DNA of 64,000 nucleotides from Octopus sinensis (Eukaryota), in assembly GCF_006345805.1 (NCBI RefSeq), contig NC_043005.1, positions 52,638,001 through 52,702,000 on the forward strand, given 5' to 3'. Numbering within the stretch: the first letter of the stretch is position 1; every line of letters starts with the position of its first letter. The position numbers and the translations under genes are program-made. This document shows positions 12,216 to 25,316 of the stretch, in pieces. A model generated the notes under the pieces. That model saw nothing but the letters and a program-made list of their open reading frames with translations, was not told the DNA's origin and did no database searches.

Positions 12216-12466
12216 AACCACCTTCAACTCAATCAACACTGAAAGATTTTATACCCGACCACTCAATAAAATATTAAATATTAAATCTTACACTAACTAT
12301 ATCTATTCTGAATCCCGTATTTACCGTTTATAAGACTACACGTGTTTCTTGAAAGTACGTCGGTATTGATTAGTTATCTAATTTGTTAGTATAAGATTTA
12401 ATATTTAACATTTTATTGAGTGGTCGGGTATAAAATCTTTCAGTGTTGATTGAGATTAAAGTGGTT
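12216..12466. repeat. Fold-back element with ~85-bp arms and GAAAC-ACGT-GTA (minus, 12337-12348) in the spacer
   Basis: 12216-12298 is the reverse complement of 12385-12466 with few mismatches. Confidence 0.8.
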
Positions 12467-12499
12467 CTGTCTCTAAAACTACTCATAGATAGATAGATA

Positions 12500-12570
<71 letters not shown>

Positions 12571-12795
12571 CAAAATATAGGCGTTTAGTTCTCAAGTGAT
12601 CGAAACGAGTAGGTACGGTAAGTAAGTGCTGTAACAGATTACTAGGGCTCTAAGGTTATGCCAGAGATGGTAGTTATGGAGCCATTGCAGATTTCCAATA
12701 TTGCGGATATGTAATTATTAAAGAGGATAACAAACGTTAAGGCAAAGTAAACATCTCAAATCATATACATTATGATTATTGGAAAAAAAATTCAA

Positions 12796-13232
12796 AATCT
12801 TACAGCTGTTTCCGGGATCTCCCTGAGTTTGGGATATTCCGTCATCGGAGACAAATAGGGAAAATGAGAAGTGTATAGATTAATGAAATGACAATATACA
12901 GAACAAGAGTAAAGGAATAAGGAGATGAAGAAAGATGAGAAAAAGGAAGCATAAATGTTCATAAGTCCTTACGAGCAATTCTGCGTAAATCCATGTAGGT
13001 TAAAGTCCTGATAGTGTAAACCTTTAACTTACATGGATCTGCACAAAATTGCGCCTGAGAACTTATGGACTTATTTCTACAAGATCAGAAATTTGAACTG
13101 TGAAATTTTATGCTTCTTTTTTCTTCTCTTTCTTCATCTCCTTATTCTTTTGCTCCTGTCCTCTATGTCGTTATTTTATTAATCTATACCCTTCTCATTT
13201 TCCCCATTTGTTTCCGATGACGGAATATCCCA
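12796..13232. repeat. Fold-back element with ~175-200-bp arms and a hammerhead-like motif at the left end (minus, 12796-12853)
   Basis: 12831-13005 pairs with 13022-13230. Minus strand: tgtct-CCGATGA-cggaatatccc/gggagatcccg-GAAAC-AGCT-GTA-agat. Confidence 0.75.
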
Positions 13233-13439
13233 TACTCAGAAACATACTCGGAATATCCCATACTTTGAATCTTTTTTCCAATAATAATAATGTATATGAC
13301 TTGAGATGCTTACCTTGCCTTAACGTTTGTTGTCCCCTTTAACAATTATACACACACAAACGCACACACATATATACTTATATATGTGTGTGTATGTGCG
13401 TGCGGGTGTATGGGCTTGTGTGCGCGTGTGTATGCGCCT

Positions 13440-13625
13440 TTGTGCGCGTATTTGTCTCCCTCCACCGATTTTCAACCTGTGTTAGTTTGTTTATGTTCCC
13501 ATAACTTAGCAGTTTGGTGAAAGCGACCAACAGAATGAGGCTTAAAAGTGACACGTAATTGGGGTCAAATTGTTCGGCTATTGTCCCTCGGCATGGCCGC
13601 AGTCTAATGTCTGAAACAAGCAAGA
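13440..13625 (+). mobile_element. SINE family A, diverged 3' half
   Basis: Follows a (TG)-rich tract and ends in gcatggccgcagtctaatgtctgaaacaag. Confidence 0.65.
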
Positions 13626-14212
13626 GATAAATAACTGAAAGATATATACTCCAGGAGATACATTTATGAAATGTAAATATATACTGACATTGTTACATAT
13701 ATTTAATATAGTATTCAATACATAATATAAGCATTGGATCCCAAGAATGGAGTGGATCCCACGATAAACACTGCAGTCTACCAAATCACATAGTTATTTA
13801 GATTTAAATGTCATCCAACTGGACAATACCTAACCGAAAATTCGGGAATATACAAAAATAAAACAATGAGCAAGATAAGATTCAAAGAGAATTTTAATAC
13901 TTCCGCAGAGGTTACAGCTGTTTCCAAATTCAATCAGATTTACATTATCAATATTCGTTAAAATCACGAACATACATGATGATGTAGACATATACACACC
14001 TCTCTCTCTCACACACACTCACATATGTACAAAACACACACACATATCCATATAAATAGATCGATAACAACTCTTATAGAAGTGCAGTGTTTCCATCCCT
14101 ATGGGAGCGAGACGAAAATAATCGCAGCAACGGCTAGCGAAAATTCTTCGTGTTCTTTTTTTTATCACGTTCAGCTTTGTCATTGTAGTATGTGTGATCC
14201 GCTTTTTTTTTT

Positions 14213-14792
14213 CCGGTCTGGTGCGGTTGAACCGGTGTGAACCGGTTTGGACCTGTTTGAACTGGTCTGATTTGGTTTGGACCGGTTTGGATTAGTTTGA
14301 CCCAGTTTGATTGGTCTTGAACGGTTTGAACAGGTTTAGACCACTCGGATCCGATTTCGACCCGACTAGATCAATTTGAACCGGTTTGGACCGGTCAGGG
14401 CTAGGATTAGAGTGAGGGTTATGGATAAGGTTTGACGCTTGATGAAGGCATTTGATGAAAATATGATCTCTGACAACTAACCGGTCCAAAGCCGTTAAGA
14501 CCAAATCAGACCGGTTCAAATCGGTTCAAACCGGTCCAAAGATTTTCTTCACACACTTTCATCACCCATCTTCAAATATTTTCATCAACTATCATCAAGC
14601 ATCTTTATCAAACATCTCATGTTCAAATATATTCATCAAACAACTTCGTCATACAATTTCATCAAACATTTTCACCAAACATCTTCATCAAACATCATCG
14701 TATCTCCATGAAATATCTTCATCAAACATCAACCCTAATCATAACGCTAAGCGTAAAACCGGTCCAGATCGGTTCAAACCGGATCAGATCTT
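14213..14792. repeat. Modular fold-back minisatellite (10-bp ggtttg(a/g)acc units, ~13-bp catcaaacatctt units, degenerate ttaggg-like spacers)
   Basis: Units were read directly. The left blocks are inverted relative to 14478-14540 and 14700-14792. Confidence 0.7.
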
Positions 14793-15647
14793 ATATACAT
14801 AAATATGTGTGTAAATGTGTGTTTGTGTGTGTTTTTTTTGTGTATGTGTATGTGTGTATACATATACAGAGAGATAATGATGCAGAAACAAATAAAATTG
14901 CTTGGTTAGATATACAACATATGCATAAATGCATACACAAAGATAGAGCAAAAATATAGAGTGAAAATATTCAGACTATGAATATTTAAGTATAAATATT
15001 TATATATTTATACGGCAAAGTAACACTGAGTACAAAGACAGAAAATTTAAGGGAGAATCTGTGATGTTACAGTTCGACAGCTGTTTCTGGGAACTTGGAA
15101 TTACTTCATAATGTTGGCAAATCCAGTTCGTGTGTGTGTGTACATAAATACATACATGCATACTTTGTATCAAGAATGTAAAAAAAGGAATAGTTTCGCT
15201 GAATTGTTGAGAACATGATTGGCGAACCGCGATTTGAAAGTGTTTGTCGGGCAAGCAGATCCCCAAACATTTTAAAATCGGCCTTTTAGTAAGTCATAGT
15301 CTGTTAATAGAAATACTCTTTATCTTTTATTTAATTATTCAATCTTTTTTTTTTCTTTTGTGTCTTTCATTGTCGCTAACGTATTCTTAAAATTCTTGAA
15401 ATTTACATAAAAAAAGGGAAAACGAGTGGAAATAAAACCGTACACACACTTACGTAGCAAATATTCACATAAACAGACTCGTACTTATGTATGCTTAGCT
15501 GTACTTAAACATACATACATATTCACACAAACACACACACATATGCGCATACACACACCACACAAATATATATATATATACGAGTGTGCGTGTGTGTTTA
15601 TGCATGTACATATGTATGTATGTGTCCATCAATGATACAACATTCAA

Positions 15648-15747
15648 NNNNNNNNNNNNNNNNNNNNNNNNNNNNNNNNNNNNNNNNNNNNNNNNNNNNN
15701 NNNNNNNNNNNNNNNNNNNNNNNNNNNNNNNNNNNNNNNNNNNNNNN
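15648..15747. other. Assembly gap (100 N)
   Basis: Run of 100 n, a typical placeholder of unknown true size. Confidence 0.99.
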
Positions 15748-15789
15748 GCCCTCCCCATGATCGCCATATTTACAGGAAGAAAATATTGA

Positions 15790-17065
15790 CTTTAAATTTT
15801 GGCACAATGCCAGCAATTAAGGTGGGGTGGTATAAGTTGATTACATCGACCCTAGTGCTCAACTGATACTTATTTTATCCACCCGTAAGGATGAACTGCA
15901 AAGTCGACTTCGGTGGAATTTGTACTCAAACCGTACAGATGGATGAAACGTTGCTAAGCATTGGAGAGGTAACGATTCTGCTAGCTCGCTGCCTTTTTTT
16001 TGGTGTGGGGGGGGGGGTCAGATTTTGGCACAAAGCCTGTAATTGCGGGAGAGTGGGTTAGTTGATTACATGGACTCCATTCGTACGTATTTTGTTGACC
16101 CTGAGAGGATGAAAATCCATTTCGGTGGAATTTGAACTCAGAATGTAAAACCTGAAGAAATGCCACTATGTATTTTTGCGGCATGTCAACGAATCTACCA
16201 GTTCATCGCCTTATTTACAGACAGATAATATTGGTTTCAAATTTTGGTACAAGACCACCAAATTGGGGTGGCAATAAGTCAATTACATCGACCCCAGTAC
16301 TAAATTTATCGATCCCGAATAGATGAAAGGTAAATTCGACTTTGGTGGAATCTAAACTCAGAACGTAAAGACGGACGAAATACCTATTTCTTTACTACCC
16401 ACAAGGGGCTAAACACAGAGAGGACAAACAAGGATAGACAAACGGATTAAGTCGATTATATCGACCCCAGTGCGTAGCTGGTACTTATTTAATCGACCCC
16501 GAAAGGATGAAAGGCAAAGTCGACCTCGGCGGAATTTGAACTCAGAACGTAAAGACGGAAGGAATGCCTCTAATCATTTTCACCGGCGTGCTAGCGATTC
16601 TGCCCGTTTGCCGTCTTATTTACAGATAGAAAATGCTAACGTGTTGGCGGCATCTGCCTTCCCTTGTCGTCAGATGCCCACAGTTCGGCTGGAATTTGGG
16701 ATGTATTGTCTACCATGCGGCCTCGTTGCATATTGGGCACAGGGGCGACTGTCGATTAAGTCGACCACAGATATTATTTTACAGCCCTTTGAAAGGATTA
16801 AAGATAAAGTTATCAACAGTAGGATTTGAAATTACGGTGTAAGTAGCCAGAAAATTTAACGTAAATAAGGCGGTGATCTGGCAGGCGAAACGCTTAGAGG
16901 TATTTCGTCTGCTGTTACGTTCTGAGTTCAAATTCCGCTGAGGTCGACTTTGTCTTTCATCCTTTCGGAGTCAATAAATTAAGTACCAGTTACGCACTGG
17001 GATCGATGTCCTTGTTTGTCCCTTCTATGTTTATCCCCTTGTGGGCAATAAAGAAATAAGAAAAT
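15790..17065. mobile_element. Cluster of tRNA-derived SINE family B copies, mostly minus strand, including a dimer at about 16215-16612
   Basis: Repeated gttctgagttcaaattccgccgaggtcgactttgcctttcatcctttcggggtcgat...aagtaccag module (reverse complemented). Confidence 0.85.
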
Positions 17066-17196
17066 AAGAAAATTTAACGCAAAGCATTTCGGCTGTTGCA
17101 CTAGCAAAATCTACCAGTTCACTACGTTGGTCGCAACACCAACGAAGAGTATGTATATAGAATATTGATAGATGGAAGCAGAGGGAGAATTACGTA

Positions 17197-17232
<36 letters not shown>

Positions 17233-18162
17233 AGATAACAACTTCGATTAAGTGATAATGACGAAGTGATGCTTCGGTATTTTGTCACTTCTGTCATAAC
17301 TTGAAATATCAGAATACTTAAGGTTGGTGGGGTGATACTGGATAATGTGCGTGCGTGCGTGCATTTGTGTGTGTGTGCATGTGTGTGTGTGTGTGTATTG
17401 TAGGAAAAAAGGGGGCGGATGAGAAGACGGGCAGGTAGGCAGGCTAGGGAAGGCGAATTTCGAATGCATCTTTTTTCTCCTATCTATCCCCCTCCTCAAT
17501 CGCTCTGTCTCCTTCTCGTGCTCTCTCTCTCTCCCCATTCTCTCTTTCTCTCCGCTTTCTCCCTTTCTGTTTTTCCTCCTCTCCCTGTGTTCCCATCTTT
17601 GGTAAAAAAAAACAAACAAACAAACAATACAAGACACTGAAGGTTATTTTTTGCTATCAATGAACCGATTCCGTACTTTTGTTTTAATAATCACTGCAGA
17701 GACAACAAATATGAAGTCTGCCCAAACTATAATTTGACACTGAAACTTGACACTGGAATTAAACATTGGCCCTTCTTTGACTAGATAGATGTGTGTGTGC
17801 GTGTGTGTGTGTGTGTATAGCATTGATTTAGTATTTGTGCATGTGTCGGGCATGAGTGCGTTTGTATGTTTGTCTGTGAGGAAGTTTTGTGTGTGAGCCT
17901 GTGAAGGTAGAGGGGCATGTGTGTACTACTGTGTATGTGTGTATGTGTGTGTATCTGTGGGTGTGTAAGTGTTAGAGGTCCATAGCTTATTTACATGCAT
18001 TCACATACATACGGAAATAAACAACAAAGATTCATACGCGCATGCGGCAAATCATACGCGCGTGCACTCACAACAAACCATGCATATCCATCCTCATAAA
18101 CAGAATGCATTCATTGGGCGTATAAGTCCATCTATATATATATATAAAGGGGTTTGTATGAT

Positions 18163-18208
<46 letters not shown>

Positions 18209-18806
18209 GTATGTATATGTGTATGTGTGCGTACATTTGCAAGTATAAACATAGAAACACAAATATATACAGCTACAATACACACACACAAAGGCATACA
18301 CAAAGGACACACACAAACACATACAGAGATATACGCGGGCACACACACACGCACTCACACACACGCACACACACACACACACGCATACATATATACACAC
18401 TTATACACACGAACACAAAATAAAAAAAATCATAGCCCCAGAGAGGGAGAACGAAGAAGTTAAGGTAAATATATGAATAGATAATTTTGAGAAATAAGAT
18501 GAACAAAATATTGGCGGAGGAATCCGGCAGTACTTATAAGGAAGAGGGGGAAAAACAAAATCACTCCCTCACCACCCAAAGAAAAATATACAGTGAGCTG
18601 AGAAATAACCAGGAGGAAAGAAAATTGGTAATATAAAGGCGAAAGAGAAAGAATAATTGAAAAAAAACGTAGAATAATGAGTCGGGAGGAAATAAATTCA
18701 AAATGGTCAAAATAATGAAAATATATCCACAATCGAAACAAATATCAAAGACATCTATATATGTATATTATATTTACATTTATCAGTCTCTCCGTCTATC
18801 TTTATA

Positions 18807-18885
<79 letters not shown>

Positions 18886-19073
18886 AATTTATATACATAT
18901 ATACAAATGCATATATAGGTGTGTGTTTTCTATAGATAGATGAATGTATATTTTTGTTTATTAATTAAGGGCCCCTTTTGTGATGGTATTTGTGTATACA
19001 TATACACATATACGCAAACACCACAATACAAATATACATGCTCATACATAAATAAACACACATATGTGTGTGC

Positions 19074-19105
<32 letters not shown>

Positions 19106-19433
19106 TTATATATATATATGCATAATAGTGAAACTAAAGCGTTCGGTTCATTGGCATTTTGTTGAAGATGTCAACGTTTGACAATAGTTATGAATATGTA
19201 TGGCTGTAAAGAAAACCGAATCATCAAATATCGCCTAAAAGATATACAAAGTAATAGAGGAGAAAATGAAAAAAAATATCAGAAAATAAAGGAAACGTGA
19301 AGTCTTTATCAGATTAGAAAAGTGCGGATAGCACTGTTGATAATATAGTAATATAGATAGTGTTACGAACTTAGAAGGGTGTATTGATTCCATATATATT
19401 ATATATATATATGTGTGGGGGGTGTATATATAT

Positions 19434-19478
<45 letters not shown>

Positions 19479-19669
19479 ATATTGTTGCATAGCGGATGTT
19501 GGCAGTCTCTAGACAGGGGGAAATGGAAGAAATTTAAGAGTGGCCCTTCAATGAAGTCTGTAAAGCAACGGATCAAAGGGCAAATAACTGATTCAGTGTT
19601 GTTATACTGAGAGCTAGATTATTAATTAGGAAGACACTTAACGCCGCCCTTCAGCTTGGTGCTTCATAA

Positions 19670-19702
<33 letters not shown>

Positions 19703-19864
19703 ATATATATTATATATATACATAAATTTAGGCACGTACGTTCGCACTCACATGCATACATAATACATGTGTATATTACGATATATATATCTTCATACAT
19801 ACATGTATCTACACATAAATACGTGCTTTCATACATATATACATCCTTATATAAATATAAATAA

Positions 19865-20095
19865 ATGCGCCCTTTTAAAGCCTAGCCAGGCTCATGGGCC
19901 CGGTTTCCCGGTTTCACTGGCGTAGGTATTCCCCAGTTGGATGGGACGCCAGACATCGCACCGTTACTCATTTTTACCAGCTGAGTGAAATGAAGTGTTT
20001 TGCTCAAGAACACAACGCGTCGCCCGGTCCAGGAATCGAAGCCACAATCTTACGATCATGAAGCTGACACCCTAACCACTAAGCCACGCGCCTCC
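19865..20095 (-). mobile_element. tRNA-derived SINE family C (head + core-like module + second module + tail 2)
   Basis: Minus strand: ggcgcgtggcttagtggttagg...ttcgattcc...gtgttcttgagcaaaacact...cactcagctgg..aaatgagt...cgtcccatccaactgggg...gaaaccgggaaaccgggcccatgagcc. Confidence 0.8.
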
Positions 20096-20356
20096 TCACA
20101 TCCTTATATATATACACACATAGTTAGGTACGTGCATACATTCACACTCATGTATGCATACATGCATATACACATCCATGCACAATTAGATACATAAATA
20201 CGAATATATAAACTTACCTACACTGAGTAGTTGTTCGCCTCAAATTGACATATATATATATATATATATACATCTTTAAAATCTTTAAATCTTAAAAATA
20301 TTTTAGGCCTGAAGGCCGCGGCCATGCTGGGGCACCACCGCTGAAATATATATATG

Positions 20357-20404
<48 letters not shown>

Positions 20405-20851
20405 ACGTAAAGTATACTACCCATCTCAATATGGCTAACCACTAGGGGTGGGTGTAACTGTAGCTTTTTAGCCCCAGGAAATCATCGTCTCCAGCTGGCT
20501 TTAGACACAATTTCTGTGCACTTATGATATTTGCAAAGGGAGGTCATCCCCTCTCAAAAACCTTAAGTGATACGCATGGACTGCAGTTTCGAGATTATTG
20601 TCTCTTGTCAACACACGCTAAATAAAACATATGCATACATACATACATACATATATGTACATACCGACATCTATATGTATATATACATGCATATATGGGT
20701 ACAGGACAACAAAAAACGTAGAACAATGAGAAACGAAAACAAAAACAAAAACATGGAAACGGACAATTTTTTGAAACAACGAGAAACCAAAGTACAAGAC
20801 ATACAACACAAGGAATAGTCCCCTTCTTCAGTTGCCCCTCTTTCGAAGATA

Positions 20852-20884
<33 letters not shown>

Positions 20885-21208
20885 GTATATATATAATACA
20901 AAATGGGACAAGAACGCAAAACGTCCGGACAATCAGATGATACAAAAAGGGACAACAAAACAGCCAGATAGACGATATATTCAAAGCTTTCTATCCTCAT
21001 TCAAGAACCGTAATTTCGACTGTGTGTTTTTAACATTGCCTATCCATGAATACATTTTCTATCAGGCAACAATCACAGCATTATGTCTTATAATGATGTA
21101 TATAAAATGTGTATGATTGCAAAATGTATACATACAAACAAATATACAAACGTACATTGCGAAGATCCTTACCGCGATCCGATCTAATAATTTGCGAGAT
21201 TTAGATTA

Positions 21209-21410
21209 AAACAGAAATGTAAAAGGAAACCGGTTGGAAAGACTTGACTTGACAAGTGCATTTAATTCATATATACATTAAAATGTTATACAAAGATACA
21301 ATGTAACAAAATGGTATACATAATCACTATGTATACCTTTTTATTATATATCTAAATTAAATATCCTTGTTAAGTCTTGCCAACCGGTTAGCCTTTTCAT
21401 TCCTGTTTTA
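21209..21410. repeat. Small inverted-repeat element with ~40-bp imperfect arms containing aaccggtt
   Basis: aaaacagaaatgtaaaaggaaaccggttggaaagactt pairs with aagtcttgccaaccggttagccttttcattcctgtttt. Confidence 0.6.
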
Positions 21411-22065
21411 CTTGCTCAAGGAGAAGCCACTTCTAGCCGCTTCAGAAAGGCAGTCTCACAAGCTCAACTGCAGTTCAAACTGGAATTTTGGTGGCATATA
21501 AAATTGGGTACTCAACGTGCAAACCTTTTAGTATGAGTCACCTGACGAAAACTCTTCGTATACTTTATACTGTGAGTTCTATTAAGACTTGTTCCAAAAG
21601 CGATTTTCTCTCAGATAATAATCACAGCATCATGTCTTCTAAGGGAGTATATACAATTAGCATGACACAAAAATGACGATTGAAATGTAATACTGTTTCG
21701 GTTGAATTTACCGACTACTTTTACAACTCGGCAAGATTATCGCAATATTAGTGAATGCCTTACTCCCTGTTGCCTATAAAGCGATACTCTACTGTTCGTA
21801 CCTTTCAGAATATTTTTTTACAGTCCTAAATGACAGAGACCATTTTTTACATCCACTTGTAGATAGGTTATGTGCTTCCGACCAATGAGTTTGAGGAATC
21901 GCCTACACCGTTAAGAACTTTATAGATGTGAAACTACTGGCCACTCACTGACAGGCCATAAAAAGCAAACCTAAAAATAATTGCTCTCTTTTAGAGTGTC
22001 CTTCTTTCAAATTTATAAAATACTGTCCAATATATCTAACATACATATATATATATACATATATA

Positions 22066-22105
<40 letters not shown>

Positions 22106-22107
22106 TA

Positions 22108-22138
<31 letters not shown>

Positions 22139-22232
22139 ATCAATTGCAGACATTGATTATATACTCGCTATAACTGATAAATCTAGAAGTGCATATCATT
22201 TTCTCAGACACCTTCTGAGACCACAATATCAC

Positions 22233-22264
<32 letters not shown>

Positions 22265-22294
22265 TGTATGTATGTATGTATGTATGTATGTATG

Positions 22295-22334
<40 letters not shown>

Positions 22335-22350
22335 TAGATATATTATATTA

Positions 22351-22675
22351 TATTATATTAAATTAGAGACAAAACCACTATTAGGCAAATCAAACAATGA
22401 AAAACTTAAGCCAATACATATGATTAATTTATATTATTTAAATATGTAACAAAAATATCACACTACGATCGTTTCATGCCTGCTGTCTTCAAAACATTTC
22501 TGTTTTAATTTCATTGTTTAAACCTCGCCAAGAAAAATATTTAAACCACCTGATGAATGACTGCGACTCAAAAATTACATATTTAAATAATATAAATTAA
22601 TCATATGTATTGGCTTAAGTTTTTCATTGTTTGATTTGCCTAATAGTTTTTTTGTCTCTAATTTAATATATAATA
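22351..22675. repeat. Fold-back element with ~100-bp arms between (TA)n tracts; GAAAC-GATC-GTA (minus, 22464-22475) in the spacer
   Basis: 22351-22450 is the reverse complement of 22575-22675. Confidence 0.8.
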
Positions 22676-22770
22676 TTTTACTATAAAATTGGATTCAATC
22701 CTAAATCTGATTTTTCCCTGTAAGTTTGGATTTATTCCCTAATATTTATTATATATATATATATATATAT

Positions 22771-22858
22771 ATAATTTCAATGGAGGCAATACCAGCGGAA
22801 AACTAGAGGAACATGACCCTTACTAGTTTTCCGTTGGTATTGCCCCCATTGAAATTAT
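22771..22858. repeat. Short near-perfect hairpin (36-bp arms), collapsed MITE-like element
   Basis: ataatttcaatggaggcaataccagcggaaaactag pairs with ctagttttccgttggtattgcccccattgaaattat. Confidence 0.75.
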
Positions 22859-22967
22859 AAATTGGAATTTAGCTCAATTAGAGCACTTTAATTTTAGCCT
22901 GTTTTTGAGCATTGTTAAAGTTAACAATCTCTACATAAGATTGTATAATTTATATGTATATATGTAT

Positions 22968-23015
<48 letters not shown>

Positions 23016-23056
23016 ACATATATATATGTACATATATATATATATATATATATATC

Positions 23057-23087
<31 letters not shown>

Positions 23088-23115
23088 CATATATATATAT
23101 ATATACATACATATA

Positions 23116-23186
<71 letters not shown>

Positions 23187-23987
23187 TACATACATATATA
23201 CATACATACATATAAAACAAGAGAATATTTGAAATTTCTTGATACTATTTATTCAGACTATATATTGAATTGTAATAATGCAATAAACAGATGTGCTTCA
23301 GGTGGAAACAGGTGGGATTTGCTCTAACTATATCATATATGTTTATGTCTGTGTCTGTGTGTGTGAATACACACACACATACACATATATATGTATACAC
23401 ACACACATATTTATATGTATTTATATATTCACATATACATACACACTTGAGCGTGTGTACCTTGCACGTTTGCATTTGCAATCGGAGAAAGAAGGTACTC
23501 AATGTATGCATTTAGTAAATGAAAGGACAATAATATAAAAATAAAAAAAAAAACAATGAGATGAAAAAATAAAAGAAAAAATGCGAATGAATGTAAAATG
23601 CAACAACTCCTACCTGTCCGCTAATCGACAGGCATATTGAATCTTCCTAACTTAATGAGAAACCGAAAAAAATTCACTTGAATTCATCCGTATTTTATGA
23701 CGATAAGAAATGTTGAATTAAATGCATTTATCATAAAATTGTTTAATGAAATCGTTGTAGAGCAGAGCTTATTATTGGTTCCGGAATTCTTATTTTCGCT
23801 GTAGTTACACATGTATTTGGAATTTAATGGCGCATGATTCTCTGATTGCTGTCGCAACTCGTTGGTTTTTGCTAATACTAGAGGTCTCAAGGTTCATGGC
23901 TTTCTGAAGCTTTGTTTTGGATTTTATAGTTTGATTTTCGAGCGAGAATGTGTTTCAGTGTTTGTGTGCATGTGTGTGTGTGTGCGT

Positions 23988-24018
<31 letters not shown>

Positions 24019-24263
24019 CAAGCGTAGGCGTATATGTGCGTGTGAGAGAGAGAGAGAGAGAGTGCAAGGGTGTGCGTATGTGTGTGAGCGTATGTGTGAG
24101 TGAATGTGAGTGTGTGTACGTTTGTATGTGTGCGTGAGAATGTCTCTAAATATGTCTTGCATGCATTGTTAGCTAGTCGTGTGCGTGTAGATAATAGATA
24201 TATACGTATACATACATACATACATACATACATGCATATACGTATACATAGACACACACAGGG

Positions 24264-24311
<48 letters not shown>

Positions 24312-25270
24312 GTACATGTGAGTGTACGTATGTATTTACAAAGGTTTGTATGTGAATGTGTAGGTATGTATGCATGTGTGTGTATTCATGTATATGATCT
24401 TAAGTGTTTTACAGTTATATTTTATGTTCCCTATGCGTAAGAACCTTGAGAGAAGCTACATGCCTCATATGTAGGTATGTATATGTTTATACATGTATAT
24501 GTGCGTATGTATGTATTTATTCTTGTGCGCATGCATGTATGTATATATATTTATATGTGTGTGTATATATATATTATATCTATATATATATATATATATA
24601 TATACTAATATATAGATTATGTAGATATTTAACAAAAGCAATCACTCATGGACGCTTACCCTATATGTGTGTGTGTGTTGTGTCCGTGTGTGTGTGTGTA
24701 TGTTTTTATGTATATGTGATTTTGTTAGTATGTTTGTGCTTTTGTATGTGTATGTGTTCCTTTGTTCGTTGAGATGGAGAATAGTCAGAAAAAAATAAGA
24801 AAAAGAAAAATATCAGAGAGAAAGGAACAACAATATTATGCAATTAAGATGACAGTTGGACATGTTTTTTGAAATGTTCTGGAATGGCAGGAATAAATGA
24901 CTTGACAGTTGGCACTGGAGACCAATATAAAGGGATTTGATTTATGGTGAGGGTTATGAAGATGATGAAAGGTTTTATATAAAGAGGCACATACAGTTGA
25001 ATGACAAGGAGACGTATACTTTGTATGGTATACCTATGTGTGCGTGCATGTATGTTCATATGTATGTGTGTGTATATATACATATATGCATATAAATATA
25101 GAAATATTTATATATATATGCATATAGATACATATATAATATATGTCTATAAATATACATAGAAATGTATATAGCTGTATATAAATACCTATCGGAATAC
25201 ACACGCATGCATATACTATATATACATATATACATATATATAATTATCTATATATATATATATATATATA

Positions 25271-25316
<46 letters not shown>

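Noticed and set aside
14396-14430. Interstitial telomere
   Set aside because: Only a few degenerate ttaggg-like hexamers inside a modular repeat.
15495-15816. ORFs spanning X runs
   Set aside because: Artefacts of the 100-N gap.
17640-17790. Possible exon (FAINEPIPYFC...HWPFFD*)
   Set aside because: No recognisable domain and no supporting neighbouring exons.
20800-20850. Minus-strand CTGAAGA-AGGGG actatt CCTT
   Set aside because: The GAAA half is missing, so a ribozyme cannot be supported.
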